Assembly (NCBI GenBank): GCA_039028615.1
Contig: JBCCHT010000022.1
Span: 96,001 to 160,000, forward strand
Direction: 5' to 3'
DNA length: 64,000 nucleotides
From: Myxococcota bacterium
GTDB taxonomy: Bacteria > Myxococcota_A > Polyangia > Nannocystales > Nannocystaceae
Below the pieces are notes generated by a model. The model was not told where the DNA came from and did not search any database. It saw only the letters and a program-made list of their open reading frames with translations. Positions 28,487 to 36,914 of this stretch are shown piece after piece (the stretch's first letter is position 1; each line of letters begins with the position of its first letter). A program made the position numbers and the translations under genes.

Positions 28487-28524
28487 AAAAGAGGCCCGGG
28501 CCTGTGCCCGAGCCTCTTCTTTTT
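28487..28524. terminator. Bidirectional intrinsic terminator
   Basis: AAAAGAGGCCCGGGC-CTGT-GCCCGAGCCTCTTCTTTTT between convergent genes. Confidence 0.7.
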
Positions 28525-28542
28525 GCGTATGGCCGCGGGGCT

Positions 28543-29952
28543 TCAGGCCGTACGGCGCCGGGCCACGAGACCCAGGCCGAGCAGGACCAGCCAGCCGAGA
28601 GCCATGGGGCTCGAGTCGCCGCCCACGGTGCAGCCCTTGCTGGTGGCTCCGGGGTCGCCCTCGACCGGCGGAGGACCGCCTGCGTCGGACGGGCCGTCGG
28701 AGACGGAGCTGGCCGCACCGTCGTCGCTGGGCATCCCGGAGTCGTCACCGCTGTCGGGGGAGTCGCTGCCACCGACGTCGCTGCTGCCCGAACCCGCGTC
28801 GGAGCTGCCGCCCGAGTTCTCGTTCGCCGAGCTTTGGTGGCTGTTGTCCTTGTTGCGGTAGTCGGCCCATTTTTCGGGCAGCGCGGGCAGCTGGAAGCCC
28901 GGCGGACGCGAGCGCGCCCCGGACAGCTGGGTCCAACGGCCCGGAATCGACCCGCCCGCACCCGGCTTCTGGAACGCGATGAGATACAGCGCCCGACGGT
29001 TGCGAGCCTCGTCGACGTTGTCGTCGGTCTCGACGGCCAGGCCCCGCTCGCCCATGCCCGCGTAGTAAATCTCGGCCCAGAACCCCTCGTTGTAGAAGTA
29101 CTGCGCGATCGACTTGGCGCGGTTTTGGCTGAGCTTTTGGTTCTTGGCCGCGTTGCCGACGGTGTCGGTGTATCCGACGATATAGAGCTGCGTGGTGAGG
29201 TTGGCGTTGACCGCCTTGTTGACGCGGTCGAGCGCGTCGAGCTCGTGGAACGCGACCGCGATGGCCTCGTCGAGCTTGGGCACCTCACCCGGCTTGATGT
29301 TGTACTTGCCGCTGTCGAAGATGACGTTGGTGTGCGGGATCTCGGCCGAATAGGGCACGCGACGATCCTCGACGAAGCGACCGTACTGGTCCTCGCCTCG
29401 CACCTCGATCATGAAGACGTTGGAGGGGCTGTCCCACGAGATGGTGAAGTTGCCGTTCGCGGGGATGTCACCCGCGACCACGTCGGACGCGATGGTGTCG
29501 CCGTCGTCGTCGATGACCGTGTACTCGTAGCTCGTGAGCGCGAACGAGGTCTGGTACTTGGCCTTGCGCTTGTCGACGATGTCCTCGCGGCTGCTCTTGA
29601 ACTTGAGCTTGCCGGCCGGGCCCTTCGCCGCCGCTTTGATCACGTTGAAGGTGAAGTTGCCGTTGAGCGTGTCGCCGGTCAGGTCCATCTCGTACTGGAC
29701 GGCCTGCGATTTCTGCTTCCACGTGATGTTGACGGTCTTGCCCTTCTTGACCGTCCCGAGGTTGCGTTTGACCGTGGTGCCGTCGTCACCCTTGATGACC
29801 ACGTTGACCCCGGCGGAGCCCTCGTTGAAGGTGATGGTGAAGGTCGTCTTGCCCTGGGCGTCGGTCTGGGGCGAGTACTGGAAGTCCACTGGATCGGTGG
29901 CCGACGCGACTACGGTGGCGAGGGCGAGACCGGCGATTTGGGGCAGCAGCAT
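28543..29952 (-). CDS. OmpA-domain protein with MYXO-CTERM sorting signal
   Basis: IFDSGKYNI...VGYTDTVG...NQKLSQNRAKSI...NRRA OmpA domain; Ser/Gly/Asp linker; KGCTVGG-TM-RRRTA tail. Confidence 0.85.
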   Translation of the reverse strand: MLLPQIAGLALATVVASATDPVDFQYSPQTDAQGKTTFTITFNEGSAGVNVVIKGDDGTTVKRNLGTVKKGKTVNITWKQKSQAVQYEMDLTGDTLNGNFTFNVIKAAAKGPAGKLKFKSSREDIVDKRKAKYQTSFALTSYEYTVIDDDGDTIASDVVAGDIPANGNFTISWDSPSNVFMIEVRGEDQYGRFVEDRRVPYSAEIPHTNVIFDSGKYNIKPGEVPKLDEAIAVAFHELDALDRVNKAVNANLTTQLYIVGYTDTVGNAAKNQKLSQNRAKSIAQYFYNEGFWAEIYYAGMGERGLAVETDDNVDEARNRRALYLIAFQKPGAGGSIPGRWTQLSGARSRPPGFQLPALPEKWADYRNKDNSHQSSANENSGGSSDAGSGSSDVGGSDSPDSGDDSGMPSDDGAASSVSDGPSDAGGPPPVEGDPGATSKGCTVGGDSSPMALGWLVLLGLGLVARRRTA

Positions 29953-30187
29953 GGGATACGGGCCTTGTTGCGGAGTGAGGGGCGGACGCTCGCGACGTTA
30001 GCGAATTTTCGCCGCGGGGGGAAAACGGCTTCGGCGTAAAAACGGGACCGAGCGGGTCCAGCGAGGACAACCGGCGCGAACCGAAGTTCGCGACACGTGT
30101 GAATTCTTCGAACGGGCATGCCCGTGCGCGGGCCGGGGACCTGCCCGCGGCCCGTGAACGGAACCATTGGTGCCCCTGCAGCCGGGC

Positions 30188-31747
30188 TCAGGACACGCTG
30201 AGCGGCTCGAAGGAGCGAGCGATCGCGGTCAGATCGGCCGCCCCCGCCGCGGCCGACAGCAGCCGCACGGGGTGTTCGCGCAGCGCGAGCATGTCAAACA
30301 CGTAGCCCGGCTGACGCATGCCGACGAGGATGCAAGACACGGGAGCGCACAAAAGCGAGAGCACCACCTTGCGGGACAGCGGCAGATCCCGCCACGGCGC
30401 GGGCAGGTGGGGATCGAGGCGCTCGGCCAGCTGCTTCGCCAGCGCTTGGTGCTGATGCCCCAGGTAGCGCTCGATGGCGGCGAACACCTCGTGCAGCGTG
30501 GTCCCGTAGCTCTCCCACCACTGCGCGAACTCTTGCCGAGGCTCGCCCTCGAGCGCCGCCAGCAGACCGGCGCTGGTCCGTCCCAGGTGCGGAGCGATGA
30601 CCTCGTGACGCAGGTGCTGCCATTGCTCGAGGCTGCCCACCTGCTCGAGCGAGCACGACAGCTCTTGGCCCCACCGAAACAGATCGACGCCGTCGTCGCC
30701 GCCCTCGGTCTCGAGCCGCTTGCCGAGCCCGGTGGCCCAGCGCGCCTCGAGCTTGCGAACCTTGGCCAGCGCATCATCGACCGCGCTGCGCGGGCCCTCG
30801 GCCTCGATGCTCTGGTCGGCCAGACGCACCAGCCGCTCTTGGCCGTCGATGCGGCCCCAGGCGTTGAGCGGGCGATTGACCAGCACGCCGATGTCGGCCC
30901 GGACCGCGATCTCCAGCGGGCTGCGCGACTGCTCGCCCGCGGGCTGAGCTTGGGTGGTGGCCCCGAGCTCGAGCAGGTTCATGGGCAGCTGCACCACGCC
31001 GAGGTGATGGTCCTGCCCCCCGGCCTCGACCGCCGCGTCGATGACCTCTTGCATCGAGGTGAAGGTGACCGCGTCCGGGGCGAGCACGAAGCCGTTGGAG
31101 GACACCCCGTACCAGCCGATGCGCCCCGCCGCGACCTCTTGCTCGAGGTGCGCGAAGGCGGCCGTCAGCCGACGTCGGTACTCCGCCCGCGCCTGCTCGG
31201 CGGGCATGTCTTCGGCCGTCGCGTGCTCGAGGAAGTACTCCGGGTTGTGCAGCAGCAACACGTCGATGTGATCGAGACCCAGGCGCTCGAGGCTCTCGTC
31301 GAGCTGCGCCCGCAGAAACTCGGGATGGATGCAGTGCGACAGCTGAGGGCTGCGCTCGACCACCTCGGCGAAGGGCTCGGGCCGCTGCTGGGCGCGGGCG
31401 AGGTTGTCCCCCTGCAGGTAGCCCGCCTTGGAGACCACCACCACCTGCTCGCGCCGGACCTCGCCTTGCTGCACGAGGTTGGTGAGCACCATGCCCACCA
31501 GGCACTCGCTACGACCATCGCCGTAGTTGGTGCTGGTGTCGATCAGGTTGACGCCGCCGCGCAGGGCGTCGGCCAGCGCACGGCGATGCAGCGGCGAGTC
31601 GTCGCGCACCCGGTAGCCACCGAAGCCGACCGGGCTCACCGAGAAGCCGGTCCGCCCCAGGACCCGGGCCCCGGCCTCGAAGCTCTCCGCGCCGCGGCGC
31701 GTGCCGTCGACCGTGGCTGCGCCGCCGAGCCGCTGCTCTTTGTGCAT
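30188..31747 (-). CDS. Aldo/keto reductase with C-terminal extension
   Basis: LGRTGFSVSPVGFGGY, IDTSTNYGDGRSE, VSKAG, SLERLGLDHIDVLLLHNP, GVSS and QLPMN. Confidence 0.88.
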   Translation of the reverse strand: MHKEQRLGGAATVDGTRRGAESFEAGARVLGRTGFSVSPVGFGGYRVRDDSPLHRRALADALRGGVNLIDTSTNYGDGRSECLVGMVLTNLVQQGEVRREQVVVVSKAGYLQGDNLARAQQRPEPFAEVVERSPQLSHCIHPEFLRAQLDESLERLGLDHIDVLLLHNPEYFLEHATAEDMPAEQARAEYRRRLTAAFAHLEQEVAAGRIGWYGVSSNGFVLAPDAVTFTSMQEVIDAAVEAGGQDHHLGVVQLPMNLLELGATTQAQPAGEQSRSPLEIAVRADIGVLVNRPLNAWGRIDGQERLVRLADQSIEAEGPRSAVDDALAKVRKLEARWATGLGKRLETEGGDDGVDLFRWGQELSCSLEQVGSLEQWQHLRHEVIAPHLGRTSAGLLAALEGEPRQEFAQWWESYGTTLHEVFAAIERYLGHQHQALAKQLAERLDPHLPAPWRDLPLSRKVVLSLLCAPVSCILVGMRQPGYVFDMLALREHPVRLLSAAAGAADLTAIARSFEPLSVS

Positions 31748-32109
31748 CAGGTGCTCTCCTTGACGTGACGCGCCGTGACCACCGTGGTGATGCCGCCGCG
31801 CACGAGGAAGTCACCCACGACTTCCATCTCGTGCGGGTCGGTGGCCGCGACCAGATCGTCGAGGATCTTGTTGGTCACCGCCTCGTGGAAGGCCCCCTCG
31901 TCGCGGTACGACCACAGGTAGAGCTTCAGGCTCTTGAGCTCGACGCAGGTTTGGTCGGGCACGTAGCGGATTCGAATCGTCGCGAAGTCGGGCTGGCCCG
32001 TCTTCGGGCACAGGCACGTGAACTCGGGGCAATCGAAGCGAATCTCGTAGCGACGCGCAGGCCGCGGGTTGGGGAAGGTCTCCAGGTTCTTGGAGGGAGC
32101 GGTGGACAC
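31747..32109 (-). CDS. queF: NADPH-dependent 7-cyano-7-deazaguanine reductase (preQ1 synthase), short type
   Basis: [28 protein letters not shown] and RGGI. Confidence 0.95.
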   Translation of the reverse strand: MSTAPSKNLETFPNPRPARRYEIRFDCPEFTCLCPKTGQPDFATIRIRYVPDQTCVELKSLKLYLWSYRDEGAFHEAVTNKILDDLVAATDPHEMEVVGDFLVRGGITTVVTARHVKEST

Positions 32110-32184
32110 GGGGCGACTGTAGATCGCTCCGGCCCGCCACGCATCCCCCGCGGCGCCCCACGACGGCACCCTCGTGGACGGGCC

Positions 32185-33105
32185 TCAGCCCGCCTTGGCG
32201 CGACGTGGCGCCGCTGCGGCAACGCTCCGTCGTGCCCGCCATGCGTCCCGATGGTCCTCCAGCCCCTCGAGCAGCGCAGCCAGCCCCGCGTGCCCGTCCG
32301 CGTCGGGCCGGACCAGCACCCGGTAGTCCACGCGAGGCAGACCCGGCACGACCCGCCCCACCAGCCCCGGCGGGAGGCGACAGCAGCCGTTGACCACGGC
32401 CAGGCCCAGGCCCAGGGCGACGAAGTGGATGGCCAGCTCCCAGCCCGTCGCCTCGACCGCGGGCCGCAGCGAGCCCCCGTGCTCCGCCACCGCGCGCGCC
32501 AAGGTCTCCCGCTGCGGCCGCCCTTCGGGCGGCAAGACCAGCGGGTGCTCGGCCAGAGCGCTGACCGGGATGGTGCGTCGCCGCGCCAGCGGATGCGAAC
32601 GCGGCATGACCAGCGCCTGCGGGATCTCGGCCAGGATCCGACTGTCGAGATCGGTCGGCACGGGCTCGACCACCGCCACCCCGACGTGGGCCTCACCGCT
32701 GCGCAGCGCTCGGAGGGTGCCGTCCCGATCGCGCGTCAGCACCCGCAGCGGCGCCCGGTCACGCGCAACGAAAGCCTTGATGGCGTCGCCGAGCAGGTAG
32801 AGCAACGCCCCCGCCCCGGCCGCCAGGACCACCGGTTGTCGGCTGTGCCCCGTCCGCAGGCGCTCGACGAACGCGTTCGAGCGCTCCGTCGTCTGTCGGG
32901 CGAAGCGAAGGACCTCGACCCCCTCGGCGGTGAGCCGCAGCCGTCGTCCCTCGCGGCCGTAGAGCGTCACGCCCAGGGTCTCGCTGAGCCGACGGATCTG
33001 CGCGTGGAGGGCCGGCTGGCTGATGTGCAGCGCCCGAGCGGCGTGGGTGAAGTTGAGATGCTCGGCAAAGACCGCGAACCCTTCGAGCCACTCGAGCTTC
33101 ATCAT
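32185..33105 (-). CDS. LysR-family transcriptional regulator
   Basis: NFTHAARALHISQPALHAQIRRL...LTAEG HTH, followed by a substrate-binding domain. Confidence 0.93.
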   Translation of the reverse strand: MMKLEWLEGFAVFAEHLNFTHAARALHISQPALHAQIRRLSETLGVTLYGREGRRLRLTAEGVEVLRFARQTTERSNAFVERLRTGHSRQPVVLAAGAGALLYLLGDAIKAFVARDRAPLRVLTRDRDGTLRALRSGEAHVGVAVVEPVPTDLDSRILAEIPQALVMPRSHPLARRRTIPVSALAEHPLVLPPEGRPQRETLARAVAEHGGSLRPAVEATGWELAIHFVALGLGLAVVNGCCRLPPGLVGRVVPGLPRVDYRVLVRPDADGHAGLAALLEGLEDHRDAWRARRSVAAAAPRRAKAG

Positions 33106-33125
33106 GACGGGGGCAGCCTACCAAG

Positions 33126-33144
33126 CTATCTAAATTGATTATAG
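33126..33144. promoter_or_regulatory. LysR-type T-N11-A dyad binding site
   Basis: CTAT-CTAAATTGATT-ATAG in the AT-rich divergent promoter region. Confidence 0.55.
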
Positions 33145-33220
33145 TCGAACGAAATCTACTAGTTCCGCATTATATCGGGGCCGCTACCTTGGTGTCGAAA
33201 CGAAGAAGGAAATAGACACC

Positions 33221-33826
33221 ATGGGACGCAATAACCACCGTCGGCGGGGCAACGGGCCCCGCCCTGGCCCCCACTTGGCCGCTCCCCGGAGCGTCGGCAT
33301 CGACATCGGTCGCGTGCTGATCTCACCGGGGGACGGACGCGCGGACACCTCGTTCCTCTCGGGGAGCGAGGCCGACGCCATGCGCACGCCTCCGAGCCCG
33401 GGCGCGTTCGATGTCGTCACCGCGCTGGTCACCCACTTCCGTGGGCGGGCCTGGCTGGTCTCCAAGTGTGGCCCTCGCATTCAAGAACGCTCGCGTCGAT
33501 GGCTGGCCCACCACCGGTTCTTCGAGCGTACGGGCATGCCTCCGTCGCAGCTGAGGTTCTGCCGCAAGCGCGGCGACAAGGCCCCCATCTGCGCCCAGCT
33601 GGGACTCGATGCCTTCATCGACGACCGACCGGACGTCCTGCGCCCGATGGAGGGCATCGTGCCCTGGCGCTTCCTCTTTGGTCCGCAGAAGCGGCCGGGA
33701 GTGCCCCAGGGAATCATCGCGGTGCGCGACTGGGACGACGTGGCGACCGAGCTGCTGCCGCTGGCGCGGGAGCAGGAGCTCATGCCCCCGGAAACTCCAC
33801 GAACTGTGGCGGCACCCTCTCGGTGA
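33221..33826 (+). CDS. HAD-superfamily-like protein (variant motif I)
   Basis: VGIDIGRVL (DxD-like), LVSKC, K, and FIDDR (motif IV). Confidence 0.6.
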   Translation: MGRNNHRRRGNGPRPGPHLAAPRSVGIDIGRVLISPGDGRADTSFLSGSEADAMRTPPSPGAFDVVTALVTHFRGRAWLVSKCGPRIQERSRRWLAHHRFFERTGMPPSQLRFCRKRGDKAPICAQLGLDAFIDDRPDVLRPMEGIVPWRFLFGPQKRPGVPQGIIAVRDWDDVATELLPLAREQELMPPETPRTVAAPSR

Positions 33827-34340
33827 GCCACACCCCGTTGGGGCTGACATAGAAGCGGTGCCCCGCCTCGGCCATGGCCGCGGCGTGGACGACCAAGACG
33901 ACCGCTGCCCCACGACGAGCACCCACCGCGGTCGCCGTCGTGGGGTCTGCGGATAAATGCACGTGGTGACGCCGACCCGGGCGCAGGCCCTCGCGGCGAA
34001 TCGAGTCGAGGAAGCGCTCGACCGTGCCGTGAAAAAGCTGTGGCGGCGGGTCCTGCTGGGGGTGGCCGAGGCGGACGGGCACCGAGTGCCCCTGAACCGC
34101 GCGGATCTTCCGTCCGTCGTCGCTGATGGCGAAGCGGCGCTTGTCGGAGGTCTCGACCACGCGAACGAGACGGGCTCGGTCGACGACGAAGCCACGATCG
34201 CGACAGACCTCGAGCACGGCGTCGACATCGACCCAACCGGCCGTGTCGAGGACCAACCCGACGGTGTGCGGCTCGTGCCGAAGCATCCAGCTCAGCAGGC
34301 GGCTCAGCGGGACCATCGATGCAGTGTCATCGGTGGGCAC
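33780..34340 (-). CDS. kptA: RNA 2'-phosphotransferase (Tpt1/KptA)
   Basis: LSWMLRH, GWV, DKRRF, IRAVQGHS, LFHGT, RHHVHLS and NGVWLT. Confidence 0.95.
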   Translation of the reverse strand: MPTDDTASMVPLSRLLSWMLRHEPHTVGLVLDTAGWVDVDAVLEVCRDRGFVVDRARLVRVVETSDKRRFAISDDGRKIRAVQGHSVPVRLGHPQQDPPPQLFHGTVERFLDSIRREGLRPGRRHHVHLSADPTTATAVGARRGAAVVLVVHAAAMAEAGHRFYVSPNGVWLTERVPPQFVEFPGA

Positions 34341-34435
34341 GAGTACTCATCGTACTGCGCCCGACCCCACACACGCGAGCGAGGGACACGAGGTCGGTGG
34401 CCTCACCTGCGCGAACGTAGTACGCCATAACGGCC

Positions 34436-35056
34436 ATGGACCTGCCGACGACGATGCAGACGCTCCGCCGAACCGCGGTCATGGGCCTTTCGTGCGCGGC
34501 GCTGAGCCTGGCGTGTCAGCCCAACCAGGGCGACTGCGGCGGCTTTTGTGGCGAGGGCACGGTGTGCGAGGCGGGCAAGTGCGTCGTAGCGCCACCCGAA
34601 GCCGAGCCCGAGCCCGAAGCCGAGGAGCCCGAGGGCAACAAGCGTCGCAAACGGAAGCGCAAGCGTGGAGGCGGCAGCACCCCGGCCAGCGGGCGCTTGC
34701 CCGACAAGGACGGCCACATTCCCCGCTACCGGGCCGACCGCACGGAGTCCATCGGCGAGGGCAGCGAGCGACTCTCCGACCGTCGCGTGCGCCAAGAGCT
34801 GGGCAAGGCCGAGCCTGCGTTCAACCGCTGCCTCGAGCGGGCTTCCGAGGTCACCGACGCCGCCCTCGCGGGCACGGTGAGCTTCAAGCTCGGCATCGAA
34901 CCCAGCGGCAAGGTGTGGGGGGTCAACGCGTCGCTGCCCAAGTCGTGGAACGTGCCCGGCTTGAAGGCGTGCTTCCGCAAGGCCGTCTACGCCCACCGCT
35001 TCCCCAGCTGGGACGGCCCGTCGATGGGCGTCGACTACCACTTCCAGGTCGACTGA
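34436..35056 (+). CDS. Lipoprotein with AgmX/PglI (TonB-C-like) C-terminal domain
   Basis: Lipobox LSLAC; Cys motif; C...GTVSFKLGIEPSGKV...C...RFP...YHF. Confidence 0.65.
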   Translation: MDLPTTMQTLRRTAVMGLSCAALSLACQPNQGDCGGFCGEGTVCEAGKCVVAPPEAEPEPEAEEPEGNKRRKRKRKRGGGSTPASGRLPDKDGHIPRYRADRTESIGEGSERLSDRRVRQELGKAEPAFNRCLERASEVTDAALAGTVSFKLGIEPSGKVWGVNASLPKSWNVPGLKACFRKAVYAHRFPSWDGPSMGVDYHFQVD

Positions 35057-35226
35057 AATCCAGCGTTAGGCGGGTACGTCGTCGTACCGCCACTTCAGGC
35101 CTGGACCACGAGGTTTCGTCGAAGCGCGAAGCCGCCCTCCGAGGGGCGACGCGAAACGGCGTCCGATCGCCCGCCGTGCACACCGCGGTGGAAAACCGGG
35201 CGCAGACGTTGTCCAATCATCCCTGC

Positions 35227-36825
35227 ATGTCAGGCCTCACCGACAAACCGATGGCTCGCGCCCACGAGCACCTCGCGTCGGCACGCTACGCCGAAGCGGC
35301 GGGAGCGTTTCGGGCGGTGCTCCACATCGATCCGAATGCCTTCCATGCGCACTTCGGTCTGGCGGATGCCCTGGTCGCTCGAGGGCAATTCGCCGAGGCG
35401 ATCGAAGGCCTGGTGAACGCGGCGGAGTCGTGTGTGGCCCAGGACGATCATGCGGCCGCGCTGACGCTGTACGGCAAGGCGCTTGGGATCGATCCGACCC
35501 GCCTCGAGCTGCACCTCGACGTGGCCATGGCCGAGGCCGCGCTGGGCCGAGATGAAGCCGCGTATACCCGCCTCGAGAACCTGGCCGAGACGTACATGCA
35601 GGCGGGGCGCACCGACGAGGCCGCGGAGATGTATCGCTTCCTCACCAGCTGGGACGAGGAACGCGAGGCCGAGGAAGCCGAAGCGGAGGCAGACGCCGAA
35701 GCTCACGACGAGGCCGACTACGCCCAAGCGCCCGTCGAGGCAGCCGCCCCCGAGCCCGCCGCGCCGGTCGAACCGGCTGCACCCGCGGCCGGTGGCGTGC
35801 CCGGTCCGATCGCCTCCGAACACACGGTGATGGTGCCCACCATCCTCATCACCCCCGACGGACAGCTGCTGCAGATGGCGATCGATCGGCAGCCCAGCGC
35901 CCCCGTGCCCCTGCCCAAGGACGACACCATTCCACCGGTACCCGAAGCGCTGATCGAGGCCGCGCACTCGCGACCGATCGTGCTCGACGACACCTCCGGG
36001 ATCGAGCAGGTCGAAGGCACCGTCGTCGCCTTTCCGCCGCCGCCCCCCGAGCTCACCGAGGAAGCCAAGGCGGCCGCCCCCGAGGTCAGTCGGGAGGACC
36101 TCGAGGAGGCGGTGTCGGTGGCGATGGAGAACCTCGCGCAGCTCGAAGAGCTGGAAGAACAGGCGGAGACGGTGATCCTGACCCGCCCGCTGCTGCCGCG
36201 ACGCAAGAAGATCGTGTGGAAGGACGAGTCGGCCGCTGCGGCTGCGCCGACTCCCACCGCCAAGCCGGGCAAGCTTCGAATCGATCGCGCGCCTCGACCC
36301 AAACCCACGAGCCCCAAGCCGAGCGCGGCCGCGCCGTCGCCCGGTCCAGCGAGCCCGGTCGGGTCCAAGCCGAGCGCGCCCGCCAAGGGCCCCTTGCGCA
36401 TCGGCAAGTCCGGCCCGGGCAAGGCGAGGGTGAAGCCGCTGCCGCGTCCCGCCTCCGCGGCCACGCAAAACAAACCCGCGGCCACCCCGACGCCGAAGCG
36501 ACCCCTGCCCCAGCGCGCGGCCCCAGCTCGCCCCGCCGCGACCCCGAGCCCGGAGCGGCCGGCTGCGACCCCGCGACCGCGGCCTCGCCCGCGACCCCGA
36601 CCCGCGTCCACGGCCAAGCCCGCGCCGCGCACTCCCGCCGCCGCCCCGTCGCCCAAGCCGACCCGCCCCGACAACCCGCTCGTGCAACGGCTGCGGCGCC
36701 GCGCCGGCCTGAACAAGGAACAGGCCCAAGCCCGGGGAGAGCCCCAGCTGCAATCGCGACGCGCGACCCGGTCGATCTCGTTGCGTCAGCCTACCGGACC
36801 CAAATCCGGCAAAGACTCCGAATGA
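35227..36825 (+). CDS. N-terminal TPR protein with long Pro/Ala-rich C-terminus
   Basis: HIDPNAFHAHFGLADAL and ALGIDPTRL TPRs; acidic then basic Pro-rich low-complexity tail. Confidence 0.7.
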   Translation: MSGLTDKPMARAHEHLASARYAEAAGAFRAVLHIDPNAFHAHFGLADALVARGQFAEAIEGLVNAAESCVAQDDHAAALTLYGKALGIDPTRLELHLDVAMAEAALGRDEAAYTRLENLAETYMQAGRTDEAAEMYRFLTSWDEEREAEEAEAEADAEAHDEADYAQAPVEAAAPEPAAPVEPAAPAAGGVPGPIASEHTVMVPTILITPDGQLLQMAIDRQPSAPVPLPKDDTIPPVPEALIEAAHSRPIVLDDTSGIEQVEGTVVAFPPPPPELTEEAKAAAPEVSREDLEEAVSVAMENLAQLEELEEQAETVILTRPLLPRRKKIVWKDESAAAAAPTPTAKPGKLRIDRAPRPKPTSPKPSAAAPSPGPASPVGSKPSAPAKGPLRIGKSGPGKARVKPLPRPASAATQNKPAATPTPKRPLPQRAAPARPAATPSPERPAATPRPRPRPRPRPASTAKPAPRTPAAAPSPKPTRPDNPLVQRLRRRAGLNKEQAQARGEPQLQSRRATRSISLRQPTGPKSGKDSE

Positions 36826-36914
36826 TGGCCTAGGAGCTCGTCTCGGGGCGAGATCGACCGCTCGACCCGGGTGGTCCCTCCGGCCGGGGCCAGACCTTGC
36901 TACGGTCGCGGTCC

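Noticed and set aside
29960..30180. Palindromes (ACGGGCATGCCCGT, CGCGAAC/GTTCGCG) upstream of the OmpA gene
   Set aside because: They could be operators or terminator stems, but such dyads are frequent in high-GC DNA and no further support was found.
32110..32185. preQ1 riboswitch upstream of queF
   Set aside because: The region is short and GC-rich, with no A-rich tail or preQ1 consensus.
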